Positions 23,128 through 35,265 of a stretch of 64,000 nucleotides of DNA are shown here, piece after piece. The translations under genes were made by a program, and so were the position numbers. The notes beneath the pieces were generated by a model, which was given only the letters and a program-made list of their open reading frames with translations, was not told the origin of the DNA and searched no databases. Numbering within the stretch: the first letter of the stretch is position 1; the number at the start of each line of letters is the position of its first letter. The DNA is from Nemertoderma westbladi (Eukaryota > Animalia > Xenacoelomorpha), in contig JAUCBJ010008551.1 of the NCBI GenBank assembly GCA_032718475.1, forward strand, positions 7,002 to 71,001, read 5' to 3'.

Positions 23128-26100
23128 ATATTTGTGCTACAAACATTTTGAGTCCGAGCCAAGGGAGTCTCTATAAACAATCCGAGATATAGGAGTCAAA
23201 CTTTGAGTTCTATAAACAGATATGTTTTTAAATAGATATGTTTTTAAATAGATATGTTTTTTATCATAAACAATCAATAGCAAAAGCCATCCATGTTTAT
23301 ATTCAGATATTACAGAAATAAATACTACATTAAGTAAATAATTAAGTACTCCCGGTATTCTGGTGCAGTAGCAAAGTACTGGAAAAACTGGGCTCTTTTT
23401 AAACAGGCCTATGCGCAAGCATGTTAGGCCGTTTATATAGTAGGCAATGGTAGGACTATAGAGTTATTGCATTGTTGCCCAGCTACATATGGGATAAACA
23501 AATCGTTCTAGAATGTGATGAATTAATTACATAGAATAAAATAGTCTTAGCAGGTGTAAAACCATGCGACTTTAGAATGCCCATATCTCAGACATTTTAC
23601 GACGAAATTCAGATTGTGATACATATTTGGAATCCTTGCATGGCCAGCTTTCCGTCAATATCAACAAATCGCTATGCAGTTGACGAATATCTGTGGTGTA
23701 ACAGATGCAACACCGACGGAGACACCTTTTTCAAACGCTTGTAGCTAAAGAATGAAACCAAAAATAAAAATTTTGGCTCACCCAGCAAGGAGGAGGGAGG
23801 TGAAACTATCTCTGTTTCAAATTTCATGCAATCTCATTAAGATTTGTAGAAAAATGGGGGGGGGGGGGGGGGGGGGGGGGTGAAGTCCATGTTCTAACAT
23901 GTTAAAAAATTGGTAATTAAGGGCAATAACGATTTGTAGATTTTAAAAATGGTGTCCATAGTACATAATTTCTAGAAGACTAGCTGTTGCATGCTTTTGG
24001 ATTTTGATAATATTTATTAAATATAGCAAAATAATTATCATTACTGTGACTTTGCCAAGATTCAAGATGTTTGTTTATAGGTTATTCCTACTGGCGATAT
24101 TTATCTTCATGGATATAGACGGCACATCAGGGAGAAGGGAGGTGAAAGATGTAAGTACTAACTAACTAACAATGTAATATATATATATATTTATTTCAAA
24201 CAAGTCACTTAAGACTATCGTTGACACTTGTCACATTAAATACAACCGAATTATACTATACAATGAAACAAATAAATTTACACCACCAGCGCCCCTCACA
24301 ATAAGAACGATGCACATATTATATGTATATAAGAAATTCACATCAATGTTATAAGCACAATAATGATATATTTAAGTGGTTGAGATTGTAGCTACTCATG
24401 ATGGCATTAGTTTACCTTGGGTCTTCATTTTCAACGAACTTTTATAGGCATTAGTGTGGCCTGCGTGTCCACTTTATGAATAATGTTTTTCATGTGGAAA
24501 TTACTATTATCGTGATGTTTTTTGTTCAAGAATAAAATTGGACCTTCTGACAATAAGATGTGAGTAGTTTTATTGGTAACAGTTCCGTATAACACTACAT
24601 TTTTATAACATAGATCATTGTTAGGGCCTACCATGGCAACATTGCAGAGTTCTAGAACACAATATAAATATTATACATTATCATAGAACATAAATATAAT
24701 AAAAAAAATAATGTTCTAGAACATATATAGCTAGATATTTTACAAATTTAAAATTGCTAGTAATTAAAAAAATGGCAATATTATAAAATTTTTGGGGTGA
24801 GAAATGTCAAAAAGTAACATTAATGTAATTAAAAGACAGGTGCAGAGAAAAATAAGAAAAATATACAAGGCCAGAGCTTCGTGTGGAGGAGCGCATTAAC
24901 TATAACTATGAAGATAACGAAAATAATGAAAATAACAGAATAGATGTGAGGCAACTTGAGGATATCATTACTAATTGCCATACGCATAGCCTAGACTATC
25001 TATCTCATTAACATACTTTCATATTGAGTAACATTTCTGCTGTACCACGGTATTAACACTTTCTGCTGTACTGCTGTATGTCAGTACATATTACTGCAGT
25101 ACTGTTACTGAAGTCTAACAGCCTACGTTATTATTAATTATCTTGTTATCATTAAATAAACTTAATCTGAGTGTACTACTACTACTACTACTACTAGGTC
25201 GAGCGAACTCGGACAGTGGAAATGAGATCCTTCCAGGCTTCCCGATTCTCCATAGTTGTCGCAATTTCGTTTCTCCCAAGTTCAGTATTCCTTTCAAGTT
25301 GATCTATATATGTTATGGCAGGTCGTGCACGACTACGCTTTCCATGAGTTGGTTGCCAGAGAAGTAGATCTGGTATGACCTCGTCTTTACTTCGCCAGCA
25401 GTGCCCACTGAATCTTAATCTGCGTTCACGGAGGGTGGTTGATACAGGTGGTATTGTACCATAGAGCTCGGCGTTTGTCATGTGTTGTCTCCAGCTGATG
25501 TTTAGGGCTGCCCTTAGTAGTCTTGTGTAGCAACCATCAATTCGTTGTTCAAGTGACTTAGTCAGTGTCCAGGTCTCACCCCCGTATAAAAATACACTTT
25601 CCACTGTGACTCGAAAGAACTTGGTCTTCAGGTGCCTGGAGAGATCTGATTTCCAGATGGTATCCATTTTTGATAGAGCTACCCAAGCCTTTGCTTTCCT
25701 AACTTCTATGTCCTTTTTGCTACTCTCTATCCATGATCCAAGGTACTGGAAGTCATCGACCTGCCTTAGTTGATTATTATCAATGGTTGTCAAGTTTCCA
25801 TCAACATTAAAGGTCATGAATTCGGTCTTGGTAGCATTTATATGCAATCCAACCTCCTTAGCAGCCCTCTCCACTTTATTTAGTAGAAGCTGTGCATCTG
25901 CTAGCGTATTAGAGAGCAGGGCAATGTCATCTGCAAAGTCGGTGTCTGTGACTGTAGTTGCCGGATATCTACTACTTCTGCGTTCTTGAAGTGTGAATCC
26001 CAGATCTTCACCCTTTGTGGCCGTCCTCATTGCGTAATCCAGCACAATTACAAATAGTAATGGTGCAAATGTGTCACCTTGCAGTACGCCAGCCAGGATT

Positions 26101-26306
26101 GAGAAAAACTCAGTTTCACCATCTGGTGAGAGTACCTGCGCTTCTGTGTCACAATATAGCAATCCAATGCCAGCAACAATTACTTCTGGTATTCCATAAG
26201 CTCTTAGGATTTCAAGCATTTTACCTCTATGGATGGAGTCGAATGCCTTCTTGATATTGTTGGGGGGAGTTTGATCTTTTACTGGTGACACAAAATTAAA
26301 GTTATA

Positions 26307-26340
26307 CCAAATATTTCGGCCTACAGGCCTTTATCAATGG
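26307..26340 (-). ncRNA. Inverted copy of the hammerhead variant
   Basis: Exact reverse complement of 26494-26527. Confidence 0.6.
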
Positions 26341-26493
26341 ATTTATAGGTATTATTATATACACGTAAAACTACACGTATTAGTTATCTACTGTACGTAT
26401 TTTCGGTGCCTCAATCTTTAGTCAGGACTTACCGGTACTCCTTCCTGTCGGTACGTTGGTGTGTTTTACGTGTATATAATAATACCTATAAAT

Positions 26494-26527
26494 CCATTGA
26501 TAAAGGCCTGTAGGCCGAAATATTTGG
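26494..26527 (+). ncRNA. Minimal type I hammerhead ribozyme variant (PLE-type)
   Basis: CCA-UUGAUAA-(A)GGCC-UGUA-GGCC-GAAA-UAUU-UGG: stem I, a variant CUGAUGA box, stem II, GAAA and palindromic AAAUAUUU. Confidence 0.65.
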
Positions 26528-27184
26528 TATAACTTTAATTTTGAGTCACCTGTAAAAGATCAAACTCCCCCCAACAATATTATGATCACCCCGGTGACCT
26601 GGGCACGGAACTACCTTATTAATGCCTTCTTGAAGTCCACAAAAGTCATGACTGCGGGGAGATTCTTTGACTTAATTCCTTCAATCAGTCTCCGTAGTGC
26701 AAGTATCTGAGCTATTGTTGATCTACTTAGTCGAAATCCGTTTTGGCTCTTACGCTGTAGTTTCTCTATGTGAGGCCTAATCCTATATAGAATCATTTTA
26801 TTGTATATTTTGGCAGCTACCACAAGCAGACAGATCCCACGATAGTTTGTTGGTATGCCGAGGTCTCCTTTCTTGGGGAGAGGCTTTAGTTGACCTTTAG
26901 TCCAAATTGGTGGTGGCTTTTCCCCTTTTAACATCCGGTTGCAAACATTCAATAATGGTCTACTTAGCACTCCGGTTTTCCATACCTCCGCTGGGATTTT
27001 ATCTAATCCACTCGCTTTATTATTGGACGTGCTTTTAATGCTTCTTTGGAGTTCGGCAGGTGTTCTGAGTCTGAATCTGAGTGTAGCGGTACGAAATACA
27101 CCTTGATATTGTCTCACACCATGGCGCAGTGTGTATGTTAAACGTCTTTACAGCATACAGGTTTACTGATTGCAAAAACTCACA

Positions 27185-29848
27185 ATGTCACATCAGGGCG
27201 AACCCACACAATTGGTCGGCGGGGACACCACAGGCGACGACGCAGACTGGATGTCCAAGCCCACTGAACCCGCTATCAGTACCAGAGAATCGGGATACAA
27301 ACTCGAGATCGATAACCTTCGACGCCAACTTTTAAGACAGCAACTGGCGGCAAACCAACAGCGTGCAGAATCTGACGCGCGCGCTGACCAGCGGTTCAAC
27401 CAGCTAACACAGATTATGACTCAGCTGGTGACTCTACAACCACAGCATGGCGTACGGACAGCCCCCGCCTATGCCGCCGCTGAACGACTCGACCACGCAG
27501 ATAACCCCCCGCCTTGGCATTGCGTCCTAGATATAAAGGACGTGGAAAAGATGGACAGAGATATAGAATTCTCTGCATTTCGTCGTTGGCAGGAAGCCTG
27601 GAAGATCCACTGTCAGCGACAACAGGCTCACTCTTTCACCCGCAGTGAATAAGTTTATGCCCTTGCTTCTGCTTTGGGACGCGATCTACAACAGACTCTC
27701 CACATAGACTCTGCACATAGACCTCGATGACACGGCGCCCTTCCATGCCAATGGTTGTTGACCAATTCCGTTTGCGTTGCGAGATGAAGTTCAGTCGCTC
27801 CTCGAGGATATGGAGTGCCGACAGATCATCGAACGGGTTACAGAGCCCACCGATTAGGCCCACCCGATGACTGTTGTCCGTAAACCAAATGGTAAATTAC
27901 GACTCTGCGTAGATTTACGTCACTTAAACAGCCAGGTCAAATGACCCTTCTACCCCACCCCTAGTCCCCGGGTAGTAGTTTCCGGTGTGTCGACAACTGC
28001 AAAGTACTTTTCAATTTTCGATGCCTCATCGGGGTACTGGCAGATACTGCTCGAGGAAAAAACCCAACTTCTAACCACATTTATAACCCCTTGGAGGAGG
28101 TACAAACATCTTTGAAGTGTAATGGGTTTAATATCAAGTGGGGCCGAATATAATCGATGGGGTGACGATGCCCTTTGTGACCTTCCTAACCTCCTCAAAC
28201 TGGTCAACGACATCCTCCTCTTCGATGATACCATCGACGCCCACCTCGCCAGTATACGCCGTTTCCTTCTCCGATGCTGGGAGATGGGAAATTCCCTGCA
28301 CCCCTCTCAGGTCGACTAATCAGTTTGTATGGAACAGCAATCATGAGGACGCATTCGAGAACAGGAAACAAGCGCTGATTTCTCCACCCGTGCTCGCCCC
28401 ATTTGAACCAGAATGTGTAACTTCTCTCCAAACCGACGCCTCCTGGAAGAATGGCCTGGGGTATGCGTTATTACAGCTGCATGAGGAAACCTGGAAGTTA
28501 GTGGAGTGTGGCTCCAGATTTATAACCGACACAGAATCTTGGTACGCGATGGTGGAACTGGAACTACTCGCAGTCGCCTGGGCCACAGAGAAATGCCGCC
28601 TCTACCTCCTTGGCCTTCCCCACTTCACCCTGATTGCAGAACACCAGCCCTTACTAACTAAACTTAATAGATACACAATAGACGACACGGACAATGCCCA
28701 CCTTCAACGAGTAAAGGTGAAACTCAGTCCCTTTGTATTTACCACTAAATGGAGAAAAGGCAAAGAACACCAGATTCCGGATGCGTTGTCCCGCGCTCCC
28801 ATCAATGACCCGACCTATGATGACGTCATTGATGATGGAGAAATAGCGTCTTATATCCATGCGGTGACGCTGCAAAAGGCTGCAGACATCATCGGCAACC
28901 CTGAACCGATGAATAAATCTCTTGACTTGATCCTCGAATCCCTCTGTCGGACAGCCCGGGGCGACCCAGACTATGTTGACCTACTTCAGTCAATCCAATC
29001 TGGGTTTCCACTAACTTCCCGCGACCTCCCTGGAGTGGCTCCATATCTACCCCTACAGTAGCTATCCTACAGCAGCATCCACGGCGACCCACCTGCGGGA
29101 CACATTTATCCACTATGGTGTCCCAAACCGCTTCAACTCCGACGGGAGAATGCAATTTACGGGTGTGAATCTCACAAAGTTCCTCCGTGATTGGGGAGTC
29201 GAACAGGTGTACTCTTCTCCGGAATATCCACAGGGCATTGGCCATGCGGAGTTGGCTGTTAAAGCTCTCAAAACTTTATTAATGAAAACGGGGGGAAAAT
29301 ACGCTCAACTTAATTCTAGGAGGGACTCCTGGAGCTGCGAAATTCACCCCAAGCCCATGGGAAATCCCCCGCCGAAATACTATTTGGGCACCCTATATGC
29401 GTACTTGAGTCCCGATACACAGCCGAGCCTTCCTCTCTGACCATCAACTGGTCCACATGGAGCTGGACAGTTGTGTCCCAACTCTAATTGTGTCCCAAGT
29501 GTCCTATTACAACCGCGCTCAAAAACCCTCCCTCACTTCTCTGTCGGGGATACAGTATGCATACAAATCCCAACTTCAAAACGTTGGGACTGCACCGGAA
29601 CTGTGGTCGAGCAGGCCATTCTGCGCAGCTACAACGGTCGCACGCCTTCGGGGCGGTGCCTCACTCGAAACCGCCGCCATCTACTCCATGATCACACCGG
29701 GACATCGCAGAAACCTTCTATGGGGACCTCCGGCAGAGACGCCATCTTTCAAACCGACCCTCCCCCCTACGACTGCCCTACCAAACAAGTGCGATGGGCG
29801 AAACAACTCATGAACGAGTCCAGCTCGGCCGCGCAAAAACTATCCTAA
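27185..29848 (+). pseudogene. Gypsy gag-pol remnants
   Basis: RT (KLRLCVDLRHLN, DASSGYWQ, VNDILLF), RNase H ([34 protein letters not shown]) and an integrase fragment (SSPEYPQGIGHAELAVK). Large internal deletions. Confidence 0.9.
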
Positions 29849-32800
29849 ACGGCACAGACACGAACCTAACAGACTTTGAAACTGAATCTATTTCCTTTTG
29901 GCCGCGCAAAAACTTTCCTAAACGGCACAGACGCCAACCTAACAGACTTTGAATCTGAAACTAACTTCATCTTGTCAATTTATCATACACCTTCAAACTA
30001 GAAAGGGGGTGTGAGGATATCATTACTAATTGCCATACGCGTAGCCTATAGACTATCTATCTCATTAACATACTTTCATATTGAGTAACATTTCTGCTGT
30101 ACCACGGTATTAACACTTTCTGCTGTACTGCTGTATGTCAGTACATATTACTGCAGTACTGTTACTGACGTCTAACAACCTACGTTATTATTAATTATCT
30201 TGTTATCATTAAATAAACTTAATCTGAGCGTAGCGGTACGAAATACACCTTGATATTTCCTCACCTTATCGTCTCACAACAGCAACAGATTAGAAAAGGA
30301 AAATTAAACGTATTCCATGAGATATTAAAGGCCAACAATAGCCAATTCCCAATGTATAAATATACAAATTATGTTACGGTATATGGCGCTGTATCCACAG
30401 TATTAGTCCATTATGCAGTATGCAGTATTAGTCCATTATGCAGTATGCAGTATTAGTCCGTTATACTGTACGTAATATTAGTCCGTTGTGCAGTATAATT
30501 ATTTAGATAAGGCGCAGTGTGGTGACATTTAGGTAAGGAAGTTAAAACGCCCATATATTTTGCATCCATTCATTTTGTATAGTATGTAGCCCTACCTACG
30601 TAATTTTGTATTAGGATATATGTAGATAGTTCCAGGGTAGCGAGTTTACTCGGACCCTGGATTTTGTGCTTGCTGATATTAGTTTGATAGGGCTAGCATA
30701 TAGGGACGCTGTCCTGGCCATTCAGCAGCCAGAGACGTGATCCATTACCATATATGGTAATAATTTGAGGGCATAGGGCTACAATCCGGTCTCCTTATTG
30801 GATTAACTGCTTCCAGGTTGGTTTAATGCTAGCATGGACTGGAGAGCCAATGGGAGAGCGATTGAGTCACCTTATTGCATCACCCCATCCGGATCACCTA
30901 TAAATTGGCGGTGTGCCGGTAGGGCCTTTTGTTGTTCATATATTTGTTCATATGTTCATGCTTTATCACATGACACACCCCTGTTACAATTTACTTGCTG
31001 AGCTGTCTCTAATTTTGTATTACGATATCGTATTTTCTGCAATTTGCTAATTTTGATTAATTTCTTGGAATGATTTGCTAGTGCGATTACTTTGCTTGTG
31101 TTTCTCAATAATTCCTTCGATTACTGCAAATTACAATCGAACTATGATTTCTACCTTTGATTGATGGTTCTATGTGATTCTTTTCTGCGCAATAATCCCA
31201 AGGGATTCCTGAGACTGTCAGACTTTGTGATTTGCATGCGCCGCTACGGTAGCTATTAGCATCATGGAGGGCTAAGGTGCCAGTGGGCGGTGGGCGCATC
31301 GGGGGGTTGAGCGACTAGGAGAGAGCGAAGGATTCAAAGCGGGCAACGCTGGCCAGGGTCACCGTTGCGGGCGGGTATCTTGCACTGCGGCACGCAGACC
31401 GATCGCCGGTACAGTATCTAGGGGGCTGATGATCCAGGTTTTGTCTCTATTTAGTATTAGGGGGGCAGGAATTGGGTTAGTTAGGAATCCTAGATGTACC
31501 CGGGAGAGGCCTGCGCGTATTAAAACGTTGAGTGTGGAGTACGAGTAGTGAATTGCACAATTGTAAACTGTGATTTCTAACGCTGATTGGTGTGTTATTG
31601 AAGTGTGCCTAAGATTACGAATGCTTAGATAGGCGCTCCTTTTCCTTTGATTGATTTCTATTTCTTAGTTACAATAATTAGTTATTGATTAGGTCAAAGT
31701 AATACGGCAATTTAGGCTATTACTAGCGAAACCTGTTGCGTGATAAATTAGAATTACGTATTCTGGAACTCTTAGTAATTAGTACGCTGTTAAATATTTG
31801 TGACTGTAATTAATTAGTAAAAATTAAGAATTAGTACGCAGCATAGCGGAGAGTAGCTAAGGTAATAATTAGTGTACTGTAAACTATTCACGCTAAGCGG
31901 TTATTTGTATTAGCGGGCAATCAGCTAGAACGCACTATTCGGTACGCACGATACGCTAGTAGTTTTGCTGGCCTAAAGCCAGTCGCGGGCAGTTTTATAC
32001 TCGGGGTGGTATTATCCACGTAGAAACAGATACTGTACCATTTTGATATTTTAAATATTCTCGCATTCACACATTACGTTAGGGAACCTCCAGTATTCGC
32101 GATTAGAAAGACGTAGGTAATAGCGTGCTTTAATAGTGATAAAATTAGGCGTAAGAATACTCTGAGTGCAAGGCCTCTCGCACTCGTCTTAAGTAAGCTT
32201 AGGGAGCCGACTCGGGTTTATTGTTTTGGTTATTCCTGCGTGGCTCATAGATTCGAACAGTTAGCTCTCTATCGAGCAATCGGTAGAGAAAGGAACAAGC
32301 GATTTTGCAGGAGTTGTGTAAATTTAGTAAAATATATTAGCGGACGGCAGATTAGCGCCATCTAACGGTAAGTAGCGGTTTGTATTTAGCAACCCTTACA
32401 ATTTAGTAATAGCACGCTCCTGATCCCCTTTACTTAACAGTAGAGCAGTCTTTGTGTCTTATTGGTTAGACGAGAACTTATTAGGTTGGCAGAAGGATAT
32501 TAACGGGTATTGGTCTGTTCAACAGTTCTGCTGTTAGTATAGAGGTCGCGGTTGTTTATCAGTAATACGCGTTTTGTTTGCTGTAGGCTGTAGCGTACAG
32601 TAAATAGAGTATTCTTAGGCTGTTAGTTTAGATTACTGATACTTCGTATCAGTAATATGCGTATTATTGCTTTGCTGTACTGCGTACGGTGAGACATAGA
32701 GTATTCTTAGGCTGATAGTAGTATCATAGTATTAGGCAATAAGTTTAGAGCACATGATCGTCTGCTGTAGGCTATAGGCTAGCGTACAGTAAGACATTGA

Positions 32801-34959
32801 GTTTATTCTATTAGGTTGTTAGTTTAGATTACTGTATTCACTGGCTGCGTACAATAGTACAGTAGTACATTAGGCTGATTGCTGTTACTGCGTACGGTAG
32901 AAGGACATTTGTTTGCCGTACCACACACAGTATCATTAGGCTGTTAGGTTGGTGTACTGTTTTACTTACTGTACTGCATACAGTGGATGTACGGTAGTGC
33001 GTTTTGCTAATTGCGAATACAGCAGTTCCTTAGGCCTTAGGGCAAACAGTAATTAGTAAGTTTTTTGTGAAGTTTTTTTTGTTAGTAAGTAAGAGTTTTG
33101 TACCGGTATGTTAGGTAACCGCTTAGTTATTTTATACCATCTGGAGATACATGGCAAGACGGAACTTCTGAGTTTGGGGTTCGTGTGGGTCTGCGGGTTC
33201 GGTTTGCAATCAGCGAAGGGCCTGAATCTTTGGACGCGGACGTGGAATCTCACAGCAAACAAGGTTAGTTGTTCTGTTGGCTCCACTGTGTTTGTGGAAG
33301 CAGTAAAAAATTACCGGTTGTTTAACTGCGAAGCTGAACTCAATTTATTAGTTAGGATATTTAGGTTTAGCCGGCCATGGTTTTTTGAATCGCTCAAGTT
33401 AGAGAGAGAGTTAGAGAGAGTCGCAACCCGAAGATGTAGCCACGCGCTAGTGGATACATATAATATTTGAAATTAAAATTACGTTGATTAGAGCTATATA
33501 TATAAAATTAGAAATATTCGGGCGGCAAGTATATTTTGAATATTTTGTATTAGATTCAGAGTTATTTTGTGCTATACCGGTATTTAATACTATATAGTAG
33601 CTATACAATAATATTTTGTTTAAATATTGTGCTAGTATTTGCTATAACTATATACCCCATTAAATTCACAATATTGCATTGCGAATTTATTTGACATTTG
33701 GACCAACTGATTATTTGACAAATAATTTGACCGTATTTCGGTTAAATTATAATTATATCTCGAACTTTTGCGAGATTTTTGCCGGAAGGCAAACATTATT
33801 TAGACTATGAGTGTCTCAGACAAAGAGGCACTAGAGGACAGCTATGAGACGGCGGCCGGACCGCCGACTGACGATAGCGTAAATATTACTGTTGATGACA
33901 ATGCCGACTATGACGACGCAGCGAGCGACGCTGACGTAAGTGAACAGGAGGACGAGACAGTGACTAGTGAGGAAGAACAGCAGCCTCAGGTAATAGTATT
34001 AGAATCCCCTACCGCTACTGTAAGGAAGGATTGTACAGCAACCCGGACAGAGGTGAGTGATAGGGAGGGTAGTGTAGCAGAAGCGAGAGCCCGGAGCCCG
34101 GTTTCCAGACCTGTGGGTATGGTAAGTGCCGTGGTCCCGACGGCTGTTAGGAGTACCCGTAGTTCCCGAAATAATCCTTCAAGTCCACCGAGCGTAAGTC
34201 AGGTGAGCGAGAGAGAACTTGATATCGCGATAAAGAAGAAACTTCGCGCGCATGCCGGACATATAACTCGGACGGCGGACAAGGTAAGGAAGATGTTAGC
34301 TGATTCAGCGAACATCGGGAGGGTAGAGTTAGTAGAGATTAGAAGAGGATATAACTCAGCGTTATTCAAGCAGACAGAGGAGCTTGCAGTCCTAGCGAAG
34401 AAGGCAGTAGAGTCTCAGTCGAGCGACGTAGCAACGAGGATTTACGACAGGGTTTTAGCAGCCTTGTTAGAGCACCGCGAGTTATCGGAGCGATTCCGAC
34501 GAGTTAGGACGGAGAACTGGCTGCTATGGGCATCACAAACGCAGGCGACTCAAGTGAGTGACGCAGAGTTGAGAGAGTTAGTGGAGCGAGAAGAGATCCA
34601 AGATAAGGAAGAGCGCCGTTATCAGAGGGAAGTTACTAGCTGGCTGATGCAGAATGGAGTGGTGGTACCAGGCCAGGTGCTACCGACGACGGAGAACATT
34701 CAACAGAGGACGTTGACTCCACCCGACGACGCATCTAGAGACAGCGGCGATTCCCAGGTTAGTCACGCGCGAGGTAAGGTAATATGTGCTAGATCCCTTG
34801 TTTCTCACAACTCGGCGGAGGAGAGAAGACGCCGACTAGACGAACAGCAGGCGGAAGTTTTGCGTGCACAGGAAGCACGGAAGGAAGCCGAGCGGGAACG
34901 GGAGCGCACACGTAAGTTGGACGCAGAGTTACGAGAGTTGGAAGAGATAAGTAAGCGCG

Positions 34960-35265
34960 AGCGAGCGGAACGCGAGCAAAGGGAACGTGAACTCCAAGCC
35001 GAGCGCGAGCTCGAGGAACTCGAATGCGAACAGAGAGAACGCGAACTCCAACTCGAATGCGAACGGGAAGCGAAGAAACGCGAACTCCAACTTGAATGCG
35101 AACGGGAGGCGAAGAAACGCGAACTCCAACTCGAACGCGAACAGGAAGCGAAGAAACGCGAACTCCAAGCCGAACGCGAGCGCAAGAAACTCGATCGTGA
35201 ACAGAAGGAGCGCGAGCTTCAACTTGAACGCGGACGCAAGGAACGCGAACTCGAGATCGAGAAAA
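34960..35265 (+). repeat. 33-bp coding repeats (ERELQLECEREAKK-like coiled coil) in gag
   Basis: Repeated cgcgaactccaactcgaa units. Confidence 0.85.

Larger units (their letters stand above)
20930..23885. mobile_element. Long-TIR (~330 bp) DNA transposon remnant, probably P superfamily
   Basis: About 20930-21265 is an imperfect reverse complement of about 23555-23885 (C-run/G-run, ttctacaaatcttaatgagattgcatgaaattt, ttctttagctacaagcgtttgaaaaaggtgtctccgtcg). Confidence 0.75.
26255..26620. mobile_element. Penelope-like (PLE) inverted pseudo-LTR insertion within the LINE RT
   Basis: 13-bp TSD aatgccttcttga at 26242-26254 and 26621-26633. Inverted arms of 118 bp (26254-26371 and 26463-26580) each carry a hammerhead-type motif. 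Confidence 0.75.
25176..27073 (-). mobile_element. 5'-truncated RTE-like LINE inserted in the Gypsy 5' LTR
   Basis: TSD aatctgagtgta at 25164-25175 and 27074-27085. RT motifs KASGLDKIP, NYRGICLL, DFKKAFDSI, GVLQGD, FADDIALL and YLGS, with a (TAG)n tail. Confidence 0.95.
24945..30278 (+). mobile_element. Internally deleted Ty3/Gypsy LTR retrotransposon
   Basis: LTRs of ~260 bp: 24945-25175 plus 27086-27118, and 30010-30278. PBS-like tggcgcagtg at 27122 and PPT agaaaggggg at 30000-30009. Confidence 0.9.
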
